Assembly: GCA_024743405.1 (NCBI GenBank)
Contig: JANSWP010000032.1
Span: 1,831 to 65,830 of the forward strand
DNA: 64,000 nucleotides
Origin: Bacteroidota bacterium
GTDB taxonomy: Bacteria; Bacteroidota; Bacteroidia; Chitinophagales; Saprospiraceae
Direction of reading: 5' to 3'
A model generated the notes under the pieces. That model ran no database searches, was not told the origin of the DNA, and saw nothing but the letters and a program-made list of their open reading frames with translations. Each line of letters begins with the position of its first letter. Position 1 is the stretch's first letter. Of this stretch, positions 58,347 to 64,000 are shown in pieces. A program made the position numbers and the translations under genes.

Positions 58347-59147
58347 ATGGTGAAATCATTAAAGGAGTTTTTGGACGAACAAGTTGAGCGTTTCAATCAA
58401 CCAGATTTTATTAAGGATGACCCAATTCAAATTCCGCATCAATTTTCCAAAAAGCAGGATATTGAAATAACAGCGTTTTGGGTCTCCATGTTAGCGTGGG
58501 GACAGCGAAAGACCATTATTAATAAGTCCTTAGAATTGATCGAATTGATGGATGGGGCTCCTTATGATTTTATGAAAAATCATCAAGAAAGCGATCGAAA
58601 GCGATTTTTGGACTTCAAGCATCGTACCTTTCAAGCGACTGATACCCTCTATTTTTTAGAATTTCTTCAACATTACTATCAAAATCACGATTCATTAGAA
58701 TTGGCTTTTTCGACTCATCTTTCTGATAAGGATGAGCATATTGGTAATGCTTTAATCAATTTTCACGACTCTTTTTTTTCTTTACCAAACGCACCTCAAC
58801 GCACGCGTAAACATATTGCAACTCCAACGCGAAAATCTTCTTGCAAACGCCTAAATATGTTCCTTCGGTGGATGGTGAGAGATGATGATAAAGGGGTTGA
58901 TTTTGGTATTTGGAAAGCAATAAAACCAAGGCAATTATTAATGCCATTGGATGTTCATGTAGAAAGAGTCGCAAAGCGTTTTGGACTTTTAGAAAGAAAA
59001 CAAACGGATTGGAAAGCAGTAATAGAATTAACTGAAAAATTGCGAACGTTTGATGATCGTGATCCTGTGAAATACGACTTTGCGTTATTTGGAGTTGGTG
59101 TAATGGAGAAGAATGAGCCTCTAAAGTTAGAAGAGTTGTTTAACTGA
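58347..59147 (+). CDS. TIGR02757 (DUF2400)-family protein
   Basis: 266 aa. DDPIQIPHQF...FWVSMLAWGQRKTII resembles the family N-terminus. It starts 1 nt after the lipase stop. The family is assigned from memory. Confidence 0.6.
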   Translation: MVKSLKEFLDEQVERFNQPDFIKDDPIQIPHQFSKKQDIEITAFWVSMLAWGQRKTIINKSLELIELMDGAPYDFMKNHQESDRKRFLDFKHRTFQATDTLYFLEFLQHYYQNHDSLELAFSTHLSDKDEHIGNALINFHDSFFSLPNAPQRTRKHIATPTRKSSCKRLNMFLRWMVRDDDKGVDFGIWKAIKPRQLLMPLDVHVERVAKRFGLLERKQTDWKAVIELTEKLRTFDDRDPVKYDFALFGVGVMEKNEPLKLEELFN

Positions 59148-59868
59148 TTTCGATAATCAATCAGCTGATAAACAGTATTTTATGGGTTATTTTATTTTTA
59201 AATAAATTTAGCATGATATATACGCATCTCTTCGAATTGATTTTTACTATTTTTGATGCTTTAATAAAATAGTCTTATAAAGTAGCTTTATAAGCACTAA
59301 TTCCTCCTTCTGATTGGACGTCTTGTTTGTATATTAAGTTTTGAGTGTAGTAAATACCTTCGCTGCAGTTTTTTTGTTTGGTAGTATCATTTTCCTAAAA
59401 GCCATGGAAACGTAGTAGAGTTTTGGTAGCCGAATATTCCCTCACATCAAGCACTATTTTTTAGATACACGAGACTAGGTAAATACAACAAATATGAACA
59501 GGAAGAATACTTTGTTTTATTTTACTGACGAACAAGATGTCCATCTTTTTATTACTAGCGTTCGTCGTTATTTAATAAACTTTCCGCCTTGAAACTGGTT
59601 TTCAATATTCAAATTTGTCTCACGACTCAACTCAATCAAAAATAAATGGGTAGAAATGGGAGGTTATAAACTGATTGAATATGGAATCTAGGGTTTTTAA
59701 AAATTTCGGTTCTTTTATTATAATTATTAATTTTGACAAATTGTAAATTTCTATTTTAGAGAAAAGGTAGGAAGATTGATTTAAAATCAGTTGACTTTCT
59801 TTCTTTTGAGAGAAGAATAAGCCGAATATCTTTTTTCTAAAAACCATAAAATAAAACTATAAAAAGTA

Positions 59869-60621
59869 ATGGCTAAGAAAAATTTTCTTGATTCAAATAA
59901 CCCGATGTTAAAAGACGACGTTTTCCGAAATTCTTCTAATGTTTTGGATTCGGACATGACGCTTGCGAGAGAAACAATGACTGTTCAAGGAGGGATAAAC
60001 AAGACCTTTACTCTATTTGGTGTGATGTTGATTGCAACGGTATTTGCTTATTCTTTTCCAAGTACTATATTAATGTATGCAGGCTTTTTTGGTGTCCTGA
60101 TTTTGAGTTTTGTTGCGGCAAAAAATCTAGAAAAATCAAGCACATTTGCACCATTGTTCTCTATCGCTTTGGGCTTAATGGCAGGTTCAGCTTCTTTTGC
60201 TTATTCACATCTATATGAAGGTATCATTTTGCAAGCAGTGACACTGACTTTCTCTATAATGTTTACGATGCTGACACTTTACAAGTCAGGAATCATCAAA
60301 GTAACCGATCGTCTTCGAAATATTATTTCAATTGCAACCGGTGCAATAATGATTACTTATTTGGTCAGTTTTGTCGTAAGTCTTTTTGGTGGAGACCTTC
60401 CATTTTTACATGACTATTCTCCAATTGGCATTGGAATTAGTTTAGTTATTGTGGGTATTGCATCCTTTAAATTGTTGGTAGATTTTGATAATTTTTATAA
60501 AGGAGAGGCAATGAAAGCACCAGCTTATATGGAATGGTACTTCGGAATGGGTCTATTATTCACACTTGTGTGGTTATACCTTGAAATTCTTTGGTTACTT
60601 TCTGCTTTAGGTAGAGATTAA
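59869..60621 (+). CDS. Bax-inhibitor-1/YccA-family membrane protein
   Basis: 250 aa with seven hydrophobic helices. The C-terminal DFDNFYKGEA...LFTLVWLYLEILWLL pattern is typical of BI-1/YccA. Confidence 0.8.
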   Translation: MAKKNFLDSNNPMLKDDVFRNSSNVLDSDMTLARETMTVQGGINKTFTLFGVMLIATVFAYSFPSTILMYAGFFGVLILSFVAAKNLEKSSTFAPLFSIALGLMAGSASFAYSHLYEGIILQAVTLTFSIMFTMLTLYKSGIIKVTDRLRNIISIATGAIMITYLVSFVVSLFGGDLPFLHDYSPIGIGISLVIVGIASFKLLVDFDNFYKGEAMKAPAYMEWYFGMGLLFTLVWLYLEILWLLSALGRD

Positions 60622-60641
60622 CTCAATCGAAAATACAATAG

Positions 60642-60769
60642 TTAATCCAAGTTGCAGATATTGAATTGAAAACGGAGAATTTTGTAAAAAAAATCACTGC
60701 CGTAGGCTGATTTTAAAGCAAAATTAGACGATTTTTAATTCAGTAAAAATTATTCGCAACTTGAATTAA
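60642..60769. repeat. 14-bp inverted repeat (1 mismatch) enclosing 100 nt
   Basis: ttaatccaagttgc (60642-60655) pairs with gcaacttgaattaa (60756-60769). Confidence 0.5.
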
Positions 60770-60771
60770 TT

Positions 60772-60806
60772 AAAGGGTATGGCAATCTGTTCATACCCTT
60801 TTTTGT
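60772..60806 (+). terminator. intrinsic terminator
   Basis: aaagggtatg / cataccctt(t) is a 10-bp stem followed by a T-run. Confidence 0.75.
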
Positions 60807-60922
60807 TCTATCCTAGCGTGACGTACTCTAATCACAAACTTATTAAGTAATGCGAGCCATTTACCTGATTGATCAACCCGGGTTACTTAACCAAATCACT
60901 TTGACTGTTTAAAATATTTGAA

Positions 60923-61879
60923 ATGAAAAAATTATTCGCATTTTATCTTTTAATTTTTGGTTTTGCTTTTACATCTTTTTCACAAGTTGATGTTGTCGAG
61001 ATTGCCAAAACGACCGCTCCGACTGCTGAAGAAAACTCATTACTTTGGCAAATTACTGGTAATGATTTGACGGATACCTCTTTTTTATACGGTACTATTC
61101 ATATGATTGGGAAAGACGATTTTTTTATGACTGATGAAATGAAAACGGCTATGAAAAAATCAGATATGGTTACTTTCGAAATCAATATGGAAGAGATGAC
61201 AGGTTTGACTTCTCAATTGGCACTTCTTTCAAAAGCCTATATGAATGATAATTTGACACTAAAAGATTTATTATCAGAGGAGGAATATGTTTTGGTGCAG
61301 AAACATTTTCAAGAAATTGGGATGCCTCTATTCTTTTTTGAAAGAATGAAGCCGATGTTTTTGACTGTTTTAGCAGATATGGATATGTCACCAGCAGCGA
61401 TGTCGTCTGGAGAAATTGTTTCTTATGAAATGGAAATCATGCAAATAGCAAAATCTCGAGATCTAAAAATGGGTGGACTCGAAACTGCAGAATATCAAAT
61501 GAGTATGTTTGATAGCATTCCTTATAAAGCACAAGCTCAGATGTTGATTGAAAGTATAAAGTCAGAAGATAATGGAGATGAGCAATTTGCAGAAATGGTT
61601 AAATTGTATAAAGATCAAGATATTTTAGGAATGAGTTCGATGATCAGTGCAGATGAAGAGGGCATTGGAAATTATGAGGACGTATTATTATTCCAAAGAA
61701 ATAGAAATTGGATCCCGATAATGGGAAAAATGATGAAAGAACAACCTACCTTTTTTGCAGTCGGAGCTGGGCATTTAGGTGGAGAATATGGCGTTGTTTC
61801 GTTACTTCGACAAGAAGGATATGATCTAGTACCGCTGAGAAGAGATTTAATGGAAAAACAAAATAATGAGCAAAATTGA
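60923..61879 (+). CDS. TraB/GumN-family protein, secreted
   Basis: Signal peptide. LLWQITGNDLTDTSFLYGTIHM and the C-terminal FFAVGAGHLGGEYGVVSLL are GumN/TraB hallmarks. Confidence 0.75.
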   Translation: MKKLFAFYLLIFGFAFTSFSQVDVVEIAKTTAPTAEENSLLWQITGNDLTDTSFLYGTIHMIGKDDFFMTDEMKTAMKKSDMVTFEINMEEMTGLTSQLALLSKAYMNDNLTLKDLLSEEEYVLVQKHFQEIGMPLFFFERMKPMFLTVLADMDMSPAAMSSGEIVSYEMEIMQIAKSRDLKMGGLETAEYQMSMFDSIPYKAQAQMLIESIKSEDNGDEQFAEMVKLYKDQDILGMSSMISADEEGIGNYEDVLLFQRNRNWIPIMGKMMKEQPTFFAVGAGHLGGEYGVVSLLRQEGYDLVPLRRDLMEKQNNEQN

Positions 61880-62954
61880 CAAAATACTTCGTCCTCATGC
61901 GGAGCAAACATATGAAAAGGAATTAAAAGCACTCTTAAAGATTGATGACAAACCAAAGCCAACTAATTGGAAGTTATCACCTTGGGCAGTTGTTACTTAT
62001 CTTTTGGGAGGTAAATTAGAGGATGGAACTGAAATAGAAATTAAATATTTTGGAAGTAGAAGGTTGATAGAGGTTGCAGTGGCTACACTGGCGACTGATA
62101 GAGCACTCATGCTAGTTGGTATTCCAGGTACTGCAAAAACTTGGGTCTCAGAACATTTGGCGGCGGCCATTTCAGGCAATTCAACTTTATTAGTACAAGG
62201 TACGGCAGGTATGAATGAAGATGCGCTTCGATATGGATGGAACTATGCAAAATTATTAGCCGAAGGACCTTCCAAGAATGCTTTGGTTCCGAGTCCTGTA
62301 ATGAATGCAATGGAAACGGGGAAAATAGCTAGAGTGGAAGAGTTGACTAGGATCTCATCCGATGTTCAAGATACTTTGATTACCGTTCTTTCTGAAAAGA
62401 TATTACCCATTCCTGAATTGAATACGGAAGTTATGGCTCAACGTGGTTTCAATATTATTGCAACTGCAAATGACCGCGACAAAGGTGTAAATGAATTATC
62501 CAGTGCCCTTCGTCGGAGATTTAATACGGTGGTGATGCCATTGCCAAAGTCACTAGAGGAGGAAGTGAAAATTGTGAAAACTCGAGTAGATAAAATTGGT
62601 AAGACACTTGAGTTACCTTCCGAAGCAGCGCCTATTCAAGAAATTCAACGACTCGTTACTATCTTTAGGGAGTTGCGAAGTGGTAAAACTGAAAATGGAA
62701 GAACAAAAGTAAAGTCTCCAAGTAGTACCTTGAGTACGGCCGAGGCAATCTCTGTTATTAATAATGGACAAGCGCTCGCTACTCATTTTGGCGATGGTAA
62801 AATTAAAGCCGATGACCTTGCTGCGAGTTTGACTGGAGCCATTGTAAAAGATCCTGTTCAAGACAAAAATATTTGGTTAGAGTACTTAGAAACGGTCGTT
62901 AAAGAGCGTAAAGAGTGGCAGGATTTGTATCGAGCATGCCGAGAATTAGTGTAA
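61866..62954 (+). CDS. MoxR/AAA_5-like ATPase
   Basis: Walker A GIPGTAKT, Walker B-like ARVEEL, ATANDRD sensor region and SSALRRRF. It overlaps the upstream gene by 14 nt. Confidence 0.8.
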   Translation: MSKIDKILRPHAEQTYEKELKALLKIDDKPKPTNWKLSPWAVVTYLLGGKLEDGTEIEIKYFGSRRLIEVAVATLATDRALMLVGIPGTAKTWVSEHLAAAISGNSTLLVQGTAGMNEDALRYGWNYAKLLAEGPSKNALVPSPVMNAMETGKIARVEELTRISSDVQDTLITVLSEKILPIPELNTEVMAQRGFNIIATANDRDKGVNELSSALRRRFNTVVMPLPKSLEEEVKIVKTRVDKIGKTLELPSEAAPIQEIQRLVTIFRELRSGKTENGRTKVKSPSSTLSTAEAISVINNGQALATHFGDGKIKADDLAASLTGAIVKDPVQDKNIWLEYLETVVKERKEWQDLYRACRELV

Positions 62955-62984
62955 GGTTTTCCAGAAACTTCGCTATTCAAAATG

Positions 62985-63025
62985 AAAACTTTCCAAAAAC
63001 CTATTGTCTTTGGGAAGTTTTTTTG
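62985..63025 (+). terminator. intrinsic terminator after the AAA ATPase gene
   Basis: aaaactttccaaa / tttgggaagtttt is a 13-bp stem with one G.U pair that runs into a T-tract. Confidence 0.7.
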
Positions 63026-63259
63026 TTGGGTAAATGTCAGAATGACGGTTTATTTCAATCGAAACGGACATTTTGTCACAATGGTTTTACATTTATTACC
63101 AAATTTGTCTTTGATTTTTGAATGGCATATCCATTGATTAAGCTTCTATGTAAATTCAATTTCATGTATCTTTCATTAAAGAAATAAACGAGGTTCACAG
63201 TTTGAAAGAAAAAAATCTAGAACTATGACCACGGAATTATGAACTAAAATAATAAAGCG

Positions 63260-64000
63260 ATGAATCTAAATAATCTGACTATAAAATCGCAAGAAGCCAT
63301 TCAAAGAGCACAGCAAATTGCGATGGAAAATCAAAACCCCTCAATTGAGTTGGGACATTTGTTTAAGGGAATATTAGAAGTTGATGAAAATGTGACGCCC
63401 TTTGTTTTCAAAAAATTAGGTGTCAATTTCGAGGCTGTAAAAAAAGCGAGTAATAGTATAGTTCAATCTTATCCTAAATCAGCCGGAGGAAATATTTATC
63501 CTTCTAGGACAATTGCAGAGTCTATTCAAAAATCTAATACCTTTTTAAAAGAATTTGGAGATGAATATGTCGCTCTTGAACATTTGCTTTTAGGGATTAT
63601 TAGCACTCAAGATTCGACTTCACAAATGCTGAAGGATAGTGGAGTCACAAAAAAAGGATTGAAAACGGCGATCAAAGATTTGCGAAAAGGAAATCGAGTA
63701 ACGACTAATAGTGCTGAGAATAGTTATAATGCATTAGGAAAATATGCGATCAATCTGAATGAACGCGCCCAAAGCGGGAAACTCGATCCGGTAATCGGGC
63801 GAGATGAGGAAATCAGAAGAGTACTTCATATTCTAGCAAGAAGAACGAAGAATAATCCAATTTTGATTGGAGAACCAGGCGTTGGTAAAACGGCAATTAT
63901 TGAAGGGCTTGCCCATCGAATTGTGAATGGCGATGTACCTGAAGATTTGCGAGATAAGGACATTTACTCATTAGACATGGGCGCATTGATTGCTGGTGCA
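63260..64000 (+). CDS. clpB: chaperone ClpB, 3' end beyond window
   Basis: It is not in the ORF track because no stop falls in the window. The translation [21 protein letters not shown]...[44 protein letters not shown] shows the Clp_N domain and the first Walker A. Confidence 0.95.
   Translation, partial: MNLNNLTIKSQEAIQRAQQIAMENQNPSIELGHLFKGILEVDENVTPFVFKKLGVNFEAVKKASNSIVQSYPKSAGGNIYPSRTIAESIQKSNTFLKEFGDEYVALEHLLLGIISTQDSTSQMLKDSGVTKKGLKTAIKDLRKGNRVTTNSAENSYNALGKYAINLNERAQSGKLDPVIGRDEEIRRVLHILARRTKNNPILIGEPGVGKTAIIEGLAHRIVNGDVPEDLRDKDIYSLDMGALIAGA

Noticed and set aside
1-64000. CRISPR arrays, rRNA/tRNA genes, transposases, integrases
   Set aside because: Reading both strands showed no regularly spaced direct repeats, no T-loop/acceptor-like tRNA signatures and no rRNA-like blocks. 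No translation has DDE, tyrosine-recombinase or serine-recombinase motifs.

Overview
This 64-kb chromosomal segment looks like a low-GC Bacteroidota genome. The supporting evidence is T9SS-type C-terminal sorting domains, TAnnTTTG -7 promoter boxes, and DUF4290-murA and glmS / DUF4270-like / short glycogen synthase / panC gene order. I call about 50 CDS. Most are housekeeping or envelope genes: kynU, glyA, paaZ, murA, glmS, panC, mtaB, adk, obg, nadD, tsaE, ald, clpB. I recognised no rRNA, tRNA, CRISPR array, transposase, integrase or obvious prophage.

The parts that ordinary annotation does not explain:
1. A 2.26-kb AT-rich stretch between mtaB and adk (38911-41136) has no ORF of 60 aa or more except one implausible 68-aa frame. 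It contains a strong minus-strand terminator, a 13-bp perfect inverted repeat, and a 32-aa hydrophobic mini-ORF laid out like a type I toxin mRNA.
2. Two paralogous BlaI/BlaR1-like (M56 peptidase) modules have control regions with the same architecture: three 16-bp dyads interleaved with a -33 TTTG and a -7 box. The modules differ systematically at one half-site base. Both sensor proteins carry atypical low-complexity or coiled-coil C-terminal regions.
3. A very acidic lipoprotein has a Kazal-like cysteine core and three tandem repeats of about 85 aa.
4. A cPLA2/patatin-like lipase has a four-helix membrane insertion and sits 1 nt upstream of a TIGR02757-family gene.
5. Long-range inverted repeats recur in intergenic regions.

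All functional assignments are from reading the translations and motifs by eye. No database search was run.
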